64,000 nt of DNA. Origin: Methanomassiliicoccaceae archaeon (GTDB taxonomy: Archaea > Thermoplasmatota > Thermoplasmata > Methanomassiliicoccales > Methanomassiliicoccaceae). Made by a program: the position numbers and the translations under genes. Within the stretch, counting starts at the first letter, position 1. Every line of letters begins with the position of its first letter. A model generated the notes under the pieces. It did not search any database. It had not been told where the DNA came from and worked only from the letters and a program-made list of their open reading frames with translations. Shown here one piece after another: positions 9,431 through 18,247 of the stretch. The DNA is taken from the NCBI GenBank assembly GCA_040776945.1, contig JAXGZN010000002.1:128001-192000 (forward strand), read 5' to 3'.

Positions 9431-10351
9431 ATGGCGCGAGAGGTGGTGCCCTTCGGCCTGGGGGAGGGAAAGGCCCGACCCAAGCTGAAGGCGGTGGGCA
9501 TTGGTGGAGCTGGCTGCAATACCATAGCCAGCTGTGAATTCGATGCCATCGCCCTGGGCGAGCGACGCGGCCCTCCGATGTCGCGCCCCCATCATCGAAA
9601 GGTCGCGCTGAGCGAGGAGGGCGTCAGGTTCGTGCGCTCGATATCCCCCGAACTTCTGAGCGCGGCGGACAGCGAGACGGTGAGGGGTCTAAGGGAGGCT
9701 CTCGGAGAGAGCGACATGGTGTTCCTGTTCACAGGACTGGGCGGGGAGACCGGATCGCACCTGACCCCTGGGATGGCCCATTTTGCCCGGCGCTGCAGCA
9801 ACCTGGTAGTGGTCTCAGCGGCCCTGCCATTCTCGGTGGAGGGCACAGGGAGGAAGGAGACAGCGAAGACCTCGCTCCCCGCCATCATGCAGGCCGCGCA
9901 CGCCACAATAACATATCCCAACGACGGCCTGCTCAAGCTCGCTCCGAACCTTCCGCTGCGCCAAGCGTTCAAGGTGATGGACAGCATAATGATGTTCCCT
10001 GCCGCCGAACTTGCCCAGGTGATCACCAGGGAGGACCTGCTGGCCTTAAGGGAGGACCTCCCCATGGTCCGCGAGTTCCGGCTTGGGGTGGGTGAGGGCA
10101 GAGGACTGAACCGAGAGGCTCAGGTGGTGGCCGATGCGTTCACCTCGCCGTGGTTCGACCGGCCTCTGGACAATGTTGCACTGGCCATCGTGGTGCTCAT
10201 CGGCCGCGAGATCGACCAATATGCTATGGGCAATGTGCTCGACGGCGTTCTCTTCCGCATCCCCAACGCCAAGGTCTGGTACGGAGGGCGCTCGGATCCA
10301 GAGATGAACGAGGGGCTGCGGCTGATGCTACTTCTCGGCTTCGCTCCCTGA
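9431..10351 (+). CDS. Divergent FtsZ/tubulin-family protein (alternative start ATG 9404)
   Basis: VGIGGAGCN, GLGGETGS (variant tubulin signature), LPFSVEGxxR and PNDGLL motifs; T7 loop degenerate. ATG 9431 is about 25 nt after TTTATG at 9401. Confidence 0.8.
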   Translation: MAREVVPFGLGEGKARPKLKAVGIGGAGCNTIASCEFDAIALGERRGPPMSRPHHRKVALSEEGVRFVRSISPELLSAADSETVRGLREALGESDMVFLFTGLGGETGSHLTPGMAHFARRCSNLVVVSAALPFSVEGTGRKETAKTSLPAIMQAAHATITYPNDGLLKLAPNLPLRQAFKVMDSIMMFPAAELAQVITREDLLALREDLPMVREFRLGVGEGRGLNREAQVVADAFTSPWFDRPLDNVALAIVVLIGREIDQYAMGNVLDGVLFRIPNAKVWYGGRSDPEMNEGLRLMLLLGFAP

Positions 10352-11146
10352 ACCTCCTTCATCAAGGATCTCCGTCGGGGCGTTGGCCAGGGCCACCAGG
10401 GCACGGGCCTCCATGAAGTGAAGCTGTCCTGGCATGACCATGCAGTGCAGCGGAGGGCCGAGATCGACGTTCAAGATCTCATCAGGGTAGCCGGCGAACA
10501 GGGCCTGCCGTTCCGAGCCGACCCGGGCCGCGGCGCAGAACAGGGAACGCTCGTTCACCAGTCCAAGGGCCAGGCGCTCCTCCGCGTCCAGAAGCCACCT
10601 CATGGCCATTGGTGCGGTCATGTAGCGGTCCTCCTCCTGCTTGATGTCCAGGAGGATCAGGGTATGCAGCCCCCGGGACCGGTTCTCCAAGATGTTCTCG
10701 TAGGGGGAGGACGGCAGGAACCGGGGCTCGGGGAAGGGGATGGTCACCGTCCGACCGAACTTGTATGGCTGAAGGCCAAAGGCGGCGGGACAGGAAATGA
10801 AGATGGACACCCCGTTTATCATGTCGGTGCGAATGCCCTCCCTCATCGCCCTCAACCTCAGGTCCACGTGCGTAGTGGCGGTCATGGGGTCCCCTGCGGA
10901 GATGAACGCGACCTTCTTTCTTTTCGCAGCGGAAACGATGATGTCCTTCTCCTCCACGTCCGCTCTCCCCAGCACCGTCAACTTCTTACCGATGAACGCC
11001 TCGATGTCCTTGGTCTGCGCGTCGTTGAGCTTGGATGTATAGAACTCTGCGAAGATCTCATCGCAGTTACGGAGGGTCGTGAGGGCCCTCACGCTCATAT
11101 CTTCCGGCCTGGACATCCCTAAACCGACAAATATCAATTCACCCAT
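10328..11146 (-). CDS. dph5: Diphthine synthase
   Basis: MGELIFVGLG, FAEFYTS, GDPMTATTHVDL, GLQPYKFGRTVT, GLHTLILLDI, LGPPLH and LHFME motifs. Confidence 0.95.
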   Translation of the reverse strand: MGELIFVGLGMSRPEDMSVRALTTLRNCDEIFAEFYTSKLNDAQTKDIEAFIGKKLTVLGRADVEEKDIIVSAAKRKKVAFISAGDPMTATTHVDLRLRAMREGIRTDMINGVSIFISCPAAFGLQPYKFGRTVTIPFPEPRFLPSSPYENILENRSRGLHTLILLDIKQEEDRYMTAPMAMRWLLDAEERLALGLVNERSLFCAAARVGSERQALFAGYPDEILNVDLGPPLHCMVMPGQLHFMEARALVALANAPTEILDEGGSGSEAEK

Positions 11147-11156
11147 TGGCAACACC

Positions 11157-12176
11157 GTGCGCACCATTTGTCTGAAGGTACCTAGGGGGGAAGCTGAGTC
11201 CGTCCGTAAAAAGCTTTTATCGCTTGGTCTGCTGGACATCTCTCATAGGATATCGAGGGATGGGGAATACATACTCCTTCCATTGAGAGGCGCCCAGTCC
11301 CCGGACATGGGATACAAGGCGGTGGAGCTGGACCTCGAGGACCGGGCGCTGAGGGAGACCGACTATCGGTCCCTCATCGATGGGCCGCCGGAGATGCGCG
11401 ATCGGCTGCCTGTTTCCTTCGATGTCATCGGCGACGTGGCCATCGTCCGCATCGATGATGACCTGCTGCCTATGGCCTCAGAGATCGGGACGGCGCTCAT
11501 GAGGACCCACCCCCGGCTGAGGACGGTGGCCCTGGACCGCGGGGTCAAAGGCGACCTCAGGGTCCGTGACCTCGAGATCATCGCCGGAGAGCCTCGGACG
11601 GAGACGGTCCATACCGAGTATGGCATCCGGCTGAAGATCGATCCGGCCAAGGTGTACTTCAACCCCCGGCTCTCGAACGAAAGGCGCCGCATCGCCTCTT
11701 TGGTTCGGGAGGGCGAGAAGGTGATCGACATGTTCGCCGGGGTAGGCCCTTTCTCCATAATGATCGCCAAGCACGCGCGGCCCGAGATGGTCTACGCCAT
11801 GGACCTCAACCACGATGCGGTCGAGTACATGAAGGAGAACATCCGCATGAACAAGGTGTCCACAGTGATACCTATCGAGGGCGACTCCCGACAACTGGTG
11901 TTCGAAGTGCCCTGCGCGGACCGGATAATCATGAACCTTCCCCATTCCGGGAGGGAGTTCTTCCACGATGCCCTGACCAGGCTGAAGCTCGGGGGCATCA
12001 TCCACTTTTATACGATATGTGAGAGAGAGGACATAGATGCGGTCCTCCAGCGGCTGGTCGTCGAGGCCGCGGGGATGGGGGTGCTCATAGCCGTTCTCCA
12101 CCAGGAGGAGCTGAAGACATACTCACCTTCGATGAGCGTCTTCGCCGCGGACATCGGGCTTGTTGATTGGTGCTAG
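11157..12176 (+). CDS. trm5: tRNA m1G37 methyltransferase, Trm5/Taw2 family
   Basis: SFDVIGDVAI, KVYFNPRLSNER, DMFAGVGPF and IMNLP motifs; start taken at GTG 11157 (MRTICLKVP). Confidence 0.88.
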   Translation: MRTICLKVPRGEAESVRKKLLSLGLLDISHRISRDGEYILLPLRGAQSPDMGYKAVELDLEDRALRETDYRSLIDGPPEMRDRLPVSFDVIGDVAIVRIDDDLLPMASEIGTALMRTHPRLRTVALDRGVKGDLRVRDLEIIAGEPRTETVHTEYGIRLKIDPAKVYFNPRLSNERRRIASLVREGEKVIDMFAGVGPFSIMIAKHARPEMVYAMDLNHDAVEYMKENIRMNKVSTVIPIEGDSRQLVFEVPCADRIIMNLPHSGREFFHDALTRLKLGGIIHFYTICEREDIDAVLQRLVVEAAGMGVLIAVLHQEELKTYSPSMSVFAADIGLVDWC

Positions 12177-12641
12177 CGTCACCCCGCTCTGCCCCTGGTA
12201 ATTGCCGCTACGCTTACCATAGGTCAACCGGGCGGGGGAAGCGAGGGTCTCGAAGACGATCTGCACGAAGCGGTCACCGACCTTGAGCTCGACGGGAGCG
12301 TCGGAAACGTTCGTTCCCATGAAGGTGAGGGTGCCATGGAACCCCGCATCCACCTTGCCCAGTCCGGCAAGGACGCCTTTCCTGACCCAAGTGGTCCGCA
12401 GCCATAGCTGGGCGCACAAGGAGGACGGCAGCTCCACCCTCTCCAGGGTGGAGACGAAGAACATCTTCCCCGGGGGGATGATGGCCGATCCCTCCCTCGT
12501 CATCCCCTCGCCGGGGATGGACAGTTCGGCGATGCGCAGATCGTACCCGTTGGGAGTGAGCGACGCCTCGGAGAAATTCTCTATCCTCAGCTCTCCCCTC
12601 TCCAGCCGGGCCATGATCTCGTGGTCAGGTAGGACGCACAT
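12123..12641 (-). CDS. dcd: dCTP deaminase
   Basis: PNGYDLR, LWLRTT, KVDAGFHGTLT, GDRFVQIVF and YQGQ motifs. Confidence 0.88.
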   Translation of the reverse strand: MCVLPDHEIMARLERGELRIENFSEASLTPNGYDLRIAELSIPGEGMTREGSAIIPPGKMFFVSTLERVELPSSLCAQLWLRTTWVRKGVLAGLGKVDAGFHGTLTFMGTNVSDAPVELKVGDRFVQIVFETLASPARLTYGKRSGNYQGQSGVTLAPINKPDVRGEDAHRR

Positions 12642-12769
12642 GGTCCCGCATCGCCATGCCAGATAAAAAGACTGGCCGTGCTCGAGAATATGCGTTTCAG
12701 GGTGCTCGGTATCATCGATGGTAACGGTCCCGGTCCAGTTAAATAATAAGTGAACGCTGATAGAAATAG

Positions 12770-12852
12770 CGGGGGAGAATTCCCATCCACTGCCGCCGTG
12801 CAGCTGTTTCCTCCTAATGGCTCCCCCGTTCTCTACCTTCTGGCCGTTTTTT
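12770..12852 (+). ncRNA. Candidate small structured RNA or structured leader
   Basis: CGGGGGAG (12770-77) pairs with CTCCCCCG (12821-28); TATA-like TTAAATAA at 12739-46; T6 tract at 12847-52. Confidence 0.3.
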
Positions 12853-12936
12853 CAGGGAGCATGCTCTTGCCCGCTTGCCAGTTGGACAGCCTCATATATT
12901 CGGTCCGTGTTACGGTGAGGCACATAGGCGATCCAA

Positions 12937-14004
12937 TTGAGATTCGATACCCGTAAGGTTGTTGCGAGCAAGATAGGCACGGTCGACTTCGATCATCTGA
13001 GCTTCGGGGAGATATTCTCCGACCACATGTTCCGGATGGACTACGCCGATGGAGGATGGCAGGAACCTCGCATCCTTCCCTTCGGCAAGATCGAGATATT
13101 GCCTTCCTTGTCCACCCTGCACTACGGGCAGAGCGTGTTCGAGGGCCTGAAGGCATTCCACTCCGTGAACGGCGGGATCAACATCTTCCGTCCGGAGATG
13201 CACGCCGAGAGGATGCACCATTCCTCAGACCGCCTGTGCATACCCCGCGTGGACAAACGGATGTTCCTGGACGCGGTGGAGGAACTGGTCCGTCTGGACC
13301 ATGAGTGGGTCCCCACCAAGAAGGGGACCTCTCTGTACATACGGCCGTTCACCTTCGCCACTGAGGACTACATCGGGGTCAGGGTCTCGGAGAAGTACAG
13401 CTTCTATGTGATAACCGGGCCGGTCGGGGCGTACTACAAGGAAGGCTTCAACCCAGTGTCCCTTATGACCTCAGGGGAGTTCGTCCGCGCGGTGCGGGGC
13501 GGCCTGGGGGAGGCGAAGACAGCGGCGAACTATGCCGCGTCCCTGCTCCCGGCCTACGAGGCCAAGAAGAAGGGCTTCGCCCAGGTGCTATGGCTGGACG
13601 CCATCGAGGAAAGGTACATCGATGAAGTGGGCACCATGAACATATGCTTCGTCAAGGACGGCGTCCTGATAACCCCTCCCCTTCAGGGAACGATCCTGCC
13701 CGGGGTCACCAGGGACAGCGTGCTGCACCTCGCTCGCCACTGGGGCATCAAGATAGAGGAACGGCGCATCTCCATCGACGAGGTAATGTCGTCCATAAGG
13801 GACGGGAGCATGACCGAGGTCTTCGGTACCGGTACGGCGGCGGTGATCTCTCCGGTAGGCGAGATATATCACAAGGGAGAGACGGCCATCGTCAACGAGA
13901 ACCGGACCGGGCCATTGGCCCAGAGGCTCTTCGACGAGATCACCGGCATTCAGTCCGGCGAGCGGCCCGATCCCTTCGGCTGGGTCCGCCGCGTAGACCT
14001 TTGA
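12937..14004 (+). CDS. ilvE: Branched-chain amino acid aminotransferase
   Basis: FSDHM, LHYGQSVFEGLKA, LYIRP, AKTAANYAASL (PLP lysine), EVGTMN, ILPGVTR and GTAAVISPVG motifs; TTG start. Confidence 0.95.
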   Translation: MRFDTRKVVASKIGTVDFDHLSFGEIFSDHMFRMDYADGGWQEPRILPFGKIEILPSLSTLHYGQSVFEGLKAFHSVNGGINIFRPEMHAERMHHSSDRLCIPRVDKRMFLDAVEELVRLDHEWVPTKKGTSLYIRPFTFATEDYIGVRVSEKYSFYVITGPVGAYYKEGFNPVSLMTSGEFVRAVRGGLGEAKTAANYAASLLPAYEAKKKGFAQVLWLDAIEERYIDEVGTMNICFVKDGVLITPPLQGTILPGVTRDSVLHLARHWGIKIEERRISIDEVMSSIRDGSMTEVFGTGTAAVISPVGEIYHKGETAIVNENRTGPLAQRLFDEITGIQSGERPDPFGWVRRVDL

Positions 14005-14069
14005 AACGCCTTACCATCACATTTTTTGCGGACAGATGCATCCAATTCCAGGAAAGGTTAAATTGATTG

Positions 14070-14104
14070 TCCAACATTCGGTGTTAGTTGGATGATATAT
14101 CCAA
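14070..14104. promoter_or_regulatory. Overlapping inverted repeats upstream of the corrinoid operon (candidate operator)
   Basis: TCCAAC-N11-GTTGGA (14070-14092) and TTGGAT-N5-ATCCAA (14088-14104), downstream of TATA-like GTTAAATT. Confidence 0.45.
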
Positions 14105-14131
14105 TATAATCTGATTAACTGGAGGATAGCA

Positions 14132-15259
14132 ATGGACGCAGGGAAGACGAAGATAGCAGCCATCGCCCTTGTGGCGGTGCTGGCAGTGGCCGCCGTGGCG
14201 GCCGTACTCATGCTGAGCGATAAGGGCAAAGGTCCCGGCGATGGGGGCAATGGAGCGCCGTTCAACGTTTCGATCATCGATGCCTCGGGGACCAACGTTA
14301 CGATAACCGAGGCGCCTCGCAGGATAGTGTCAGGGGCTCCCATGATATCTGAGATGGTGGCAGCCCTTGGCCTGACCGACAGGCTGATGGCCGTGACCGA
14401 CTATTGTGATTTCCCCGCGGCGATCACTGCGCTCAGGGACAACGGCAGCACGATCGGGGGCTTCTTCAATCCCAGCTATGAGAAGGTCATATCCTTCAAT
14501 CCGGACCTGATCATCTTGGACAGCGGCGTGCAGGCCCAGACGGATATGGCGGCACAGCTCCGCGGCGCAGGCTACACGGTGATACTCCTCTACCCCGCAT
14601 CCGACCTGGAATCGGTGTACAAGAACATCGGCATGGTGGGAAACGCCACCGGCACGCAGGACATAGGAGGGCCCATGGTCAGCAGGATGAAGGCCCAGGT
14701 GGAGGACATCGCGAACGCGGTGGCCTCCGAGAGCCAACCTAACATCATGTTCGTGACCTACGCAGATGAAGGCTTCACCAACGTGTGGCCCGCGGGAGGA
14801 ACCACATCCATAGGCGAGATAATCGATCTGGCCGGAGGAAAAAATGTCTTTGAGAGCATGAGCGGCTATGAGATGGCATCCAACGAGGTGCTGATGGACA
14901 AGTCGTCGACCGTGGACGTGATAATCATGACCGTGATGTACTCTCCTGAGACTCCGGAGAACAAGAGCGCCTGGTTCAAGGCGGACCCAATATGGAAGGA
15001 GAGCCCTGCGGTAAAGAATAATAAGGTATACTACTTGACGGGGCAGGCCGAGAACATCTTCAACCGTGAATCGGTGAGGACAGTCGACGCGGTCCAGCTG
15101 CTGGCCGAGATACTGCACCCCGATGCCTTCGCATCGAAGGTCCCGTACTCGGCCGATGCGATAAACCTGATCGGGGACGAGTACACCGACTACCTCCCCT
15201 CCGGGACCGCCTCCCAGGTCGGCTCCGTCACCATTATGGCGGCAGTGGCTCGGGACTAG
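14132..15259 (+). CDS. btuF: Corrinoid ABC transporter substrate-binding protein (BtuF-like)
   Basis: N-terminal membrane anchor; PRRIVS, AVTDYCDFP, PSYEKVISFNPDLI and PAVKNNKVY motifs; first gene of the cob operon. Confidence 0.82.
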   Translation: MDAGKTKIAAIALVAVLAVAAVAAVLMLSDKGKGPGDGGNGAPFNVSIIDASGTNVTITEAPRRIVSGAPMISEMVAALGLTDRLMAVTDYCDFPAAITALRDNGSTIGGFFNPSYEKVISFNPDLIILDSGVQAQTDMAAQLRGAGYTVILLYPASDLESVYKNIGMVGNATGTQDIGGPMVSRMKAQVEDIANAVASESQPNIMFVTYADEGFTNVWPAGGTTSIGEIIDLAGGKNVFESMSGYEMASNEVLMDKSSTVDVIIMTVMYSPETPENKSAWFKADPIWKESPAVKNNKVYYLTGQAENIFNRESVRTVDAVQLLAEILHPDAFASKVPYSADAINLIGDEYTDYLPSGTASQVGSVTIMAAVARD

Positions 15260-15279
15260 GCGCTCCGGGGATAGAGAAT

Positions 15280-16326
15280 ATGGAAGGCTCGTTCGTCCAG
15301 GCGACAAAGGTCAAGCTGATCTTAGTCCTGGCCATCGGCCTTTCGACCCTTTTCTTTCTTCTTCTCATCTCCTGGTCGGTGGGAGCGGTGGACATTTCCT
15401 TCACCGCGGTGCTTGACGACCTGGGGAGCATAATTACGAACTTCGGGCCGCAGAGCGCGAACGCTGAGCAGCAGATCGTGTGGTCGCGGCTCGTACGCTC
15501 GGTGGCGGTCGTCGGCGTAGGCATCGGCCTCTCGGTTTCCGGCGTGATCATGCAGGCGCTGATCCGGAACCCGTTGGTGGACCCGTACATCACCGGCGTT
15601 TCCTCAGGCGCGGCCCTGGGGGCCATCCTCTCGATCCTCGCAGGGATATCCATCATCACCATCTCCGAGTTCACCACTCCCATAGCGGCCCTCATCGGCG
15701 CGGTCGGCGCGTTCGCCTTGACCATGGCCTTGGCGACCTCGGCGGGAGGAAAATCGATCAATTTCGTGCTGAGCGGTATGATCGTGGGGATCGCCATATC
15801 ATCGATCACCACCCTGCTCATCACCTCCAGTCAGAACAACCGCCTGCACGGCGCGCTGTTCTGGCTCTATGGCTCTTTCGCCTACATGTCATGGACCAAG
15901 GCGCTGCTGATCATCATTCCGGTGTTGATGATCTCCATTGTCCTGCTCATGTTCGCCAGGGAGCTGAACGTTATCCTTCTGGGCGATGAGCACGCCAAGC
16001 ACCTGGGCCTGAACGTCCGGAGCTTCAAGCGCACCATAACCACTCTTGTTTCAGTGCTTACGGCCGTATCGGTCGCGTTCTGCGGCATCATCGGTTTCCT
16101 CGGGCTCATCGTCCCCCACACCTCTAGACTGGTGGTCGGGGGGGACCACCGCCTCTTGCTTCCAACATCCATTGTTATGGGGGCGATAGCACTGGTCGCT
16201 GCGGACATAGTCGCCCGCGTGATCATAAGGCCGAACGAGCTTCCCATAGGTGCGGTGGTGTCCCTGGTCGGAGCGCCGTTCTTCATCTATCTGATGATCA
16301 GGAGGGGGAAGGAATATGGAGGATGA
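15280..16326 (+). CDS. btuC: Corrinoid ABC transporter permease (FecCD/BtuC)
   Basis: QALIRNPLVDPYITGVSSGA, GIIGFLGLIVPH and ELPIGAVVSLVGAPFF motifs. Confidence 0.88.
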   Translation: MEGSFVQATKVKLILVLAIGLSTLFFLLLISWSVGAVDISFTAVLDDLGSIITNFGPQSANAEQQIVWSRLVRSVAVVGVGIGLSVSGVIMQALIRNPLVDPYITGVSSGAALGAILSILAGISIITISEFTTPIAALIGAVGAFALTMALATSAGGKSINFVLSGMIVGIAISSITTLLITSSQNNRLHGALFWLYGSFAYMSWTKALLIIIPVLMISIVLLMFARELNVILLGDEHAKHLGLNVRSFKRTITTLVSVLTAVSVAFCGIIGFLGLIVPHTSRLVVGGDHRLLLPTSIVMGAIALVAADIVARVIIRPNELPIGAVVSLVGAPFFIYLMIRRGKEYGG

Positions 16327-17122
16327 GCCGCAGGTCTCGCTCATGATCGAAGGGGTCCGTTTCGGATACAACGGCTCGGACGTGCTCAAGGGCGTGGAGT
16401 TCAAAGGGCGGAAGGGGGAGTTCATCGGCCTGATCGGTCCGAACGGCTCGGGCAAGAGCACCCTTTTGCGCCTCATGAACCGCATCCTGCGGCCCCAGGT
16501 GGGCACGATCTGGATGGAAGGCCGGGAACTGGACAAGATGAAGATCGAGGAGATCGCCCAGGTCTGCGCCAACGTGCCGACGGAGTTCTCCGAGGACTTC
16601 AACATGAGCGTGCAGAACCTGGTCTTTCTAGGGCGCTATCCTTTCTCCAAGGGCCTATGGTGGGACAACAAGGAGGACGAAGAGATGGTCAACGAGGCCA
16701 TGAAGCGGTTCGGGGTCTACCACCTCAAGGACCGCAACTTCTCCGAACTGTCGTCAGGCGAGGCCCAGCGGGTCCTGCTGGCCAAGGCCGTGGTGCAGTG
16801 CCCCCAGGTCCTGCTCGTCGATGAGCCGTCCGCGCATCTGGACCTCAAGTACAAGCACGAGGTCATGGAGCACTTGAGGGACATGCTCTCCGGCAATGTC
16901 ACCATAATAATCGCCTCTCACGACCTCAATCTCCTGGCGCAGTACTGCAGCCGCATAATGATCTTGTCCAAGGGCAAGATAGTCGCCTTCGGCACGCCGG
17001 AGGAGGTCATCACCGCGGAGATGGTGGAGAAGGTCTACGGCGTAGAGGTAGCCATCCTGAGGGACGGAGATGCCATCTACGCCCTCCCCAGGCGGACGAA
17101 GCGAAAGGAGGAAGGAAGATGA
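16316..17122 (+). CDS. btuD: Corrinoid ABC transporter ATPase (BtuD-like)
   Basis: GPNGSGKST, LSSGEAQR, LVDEP and SHDLN motifs. Confidence 0.88.
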   Translation: MEDEPQVSLMIEGVRFGYNGSDVLKGVEFKGRKGEFIGLIGPNGSGKSTLLRLMNRILRPQVGTIWMEGRELDKMKIEEIAQVCANVPTEFSEDFNMSVQNLVFLGRYPFSKGLWWDNKEDEEMVNEAMKRFGVYHLKDRNFSELSSGEAQRVLLAKAVVQCPQVLLVDEPSAHLDLKYKHEVMEHLRDMLSGNVTIIIASHDLNLLAQYCSRIMILSKGKIVAFGTPEEVITAEMVEKVYGVEVAILRDGDAIYALPRRTKRKEEGR

Positions 17123-18243
17123 GCATCGAGGACAGGGTCAGGCCGGAGGTCCGGGCGATGGTCCGGCCCCGCCACGGGGGCGACGTATGGGGACGCCTGG
17201 AGGTCAAGGACTTCAGCTCGAACGTGAACCCCCTCGGCCCGCCTGAGCGACTGGGCGACTACATCGCCGAGGCCGCCAGGGACATGGAGAACTACCCGGA
17301 CGACAGCTGCGCCGAGCTTAAGGAGGCGATCTCCGCCAGGTATGATGTCCCTTCATCGAGCATAATCGTCGGCGCCGGATCGGCAGAGCTGATAAGGCTG
17401 TTCCCTGAGGTATTCGTCCGCCCTGGGGACCGAGTGGTCATGCCTCGCCCCACGTTCTCGGAGTATGGCTTCGCCTGCCGCCTGATGGGCGCAGATATCG
17501 TCGATCTGCCCCTGCCGGAAAGCGACCGCTTTCGGCTGGACGCCGGAAGCATGATCGAGGAGATGGCCCCCGGGACCAGGTCGGTGTACGTTTGCAATCC
17601 CAACAACCCGACCGCCAGGATGCTTGCCCGCAAGGAGGTCATGGAAGTGGTGTCGGAGGCGGCTCGCAGGGACATCATGGTCTTCCTGGACGAGACCCTT
17701 CTGGAGCTCTCGGAGAGGGACAGGGACGTGAGCTGCGTTCAAGAGGTCGAAGGCCACGACAATCTTTTCATCATCCGCTCCTTCACCAAGTCCTTCGCCA
17801 TGCCTGGCATCAGGGCAGGCTATGGCTTCGGCAACCCGGGACTGATCAGGTTCATGGACGCTGCCCGGCTTTCATGGAACCTGGGGACATTGGAGCAAAG
17901 GGTCGCGACCAGACTGATGTCCGAGGAGCAGGGGCACGTCCGTCGAGCGGTCAACATGCTCGTAGATGAGAAGGAGAGGATGAGGGGCGAGATCGCCCGC
18001 ATCACCTCGAGCAAGGTAGAGCTCACAGATTCCTACTTCTTCTTCCATCACCTGGACGGGCTGGACCTTTCCTCTGGGCAGTTCAGGGAGGCCATGCTCC
18101 GGCATAACGTGCTGGTGCGGGACTGCAGCTCGTTCGGCCCTCCATGCCATTCATATTCAAGGTTCTGCGTGAAGACCAGAGAAAAGGACGACGAGTTCCT
18201 GGACGCGCTGCAGCTGGTTGTCGACGAGACCGTCGGAAGGTGA
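17119..18243 (+). CDS. cobD: L-threonine-O-3-phosphate decarboxylase
   Basis: HGG, DFSSNVNPLG, CNPNNPT and RSFTKSFAMPGIRAGY motifs; cob operon context. Confidence 0.88.
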   Translation: MSIEDRVRPEVRAMVRPRHGGDVWGRLEVKDFSSNVNPLGPPERLGDYIAEAARDMENYPDDSCAELKEAISARYDVPSSSIIVGAGSAELIRLFPEVFVRPGDRVVMPRPTFSEYGFACRLMGADIVDLPLPESDRFRLDAGSMIEEMAPGTRSVYVCNPNNPTARMLARKEVMEVVSEAARRDIMVFLDETLLELSERDRDVSCVQEVEGHDNLFIIRSFTKSFAMPGIRAGYGFGNPGLIRFMDAARLSWNLGTLEQRVATRLMSEEQGHVRRAVNMLVDEKERMRGEIARITSSKVELTDSYFFFHHLDGLDLSSGQFREAMLRHNVLVRDCSSFGPPCHSYSRFCVKTREKDDEFLDALQLVVDETVGR

Positions 18244-18247
18244 GCCA

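Noticed and set aside
12770-12828. tRNA (including tRNA-Pyl) suggested by the paired GGGGGAG/CTCCCCC ends
   Set aside because: Too short (about 58 nt), with no T-arm consensus and no anticodon arm on either strand; kept only as an unclassified RNA candidate.
12750-12956. 68-aa ORF as an ilvE leader peptide
   Set aside because: Its GTG is only a few bases after the TATA-like element, so it is probably upstream of the transcription start; there is no tandem run of Ile/Leu/Val control codons.
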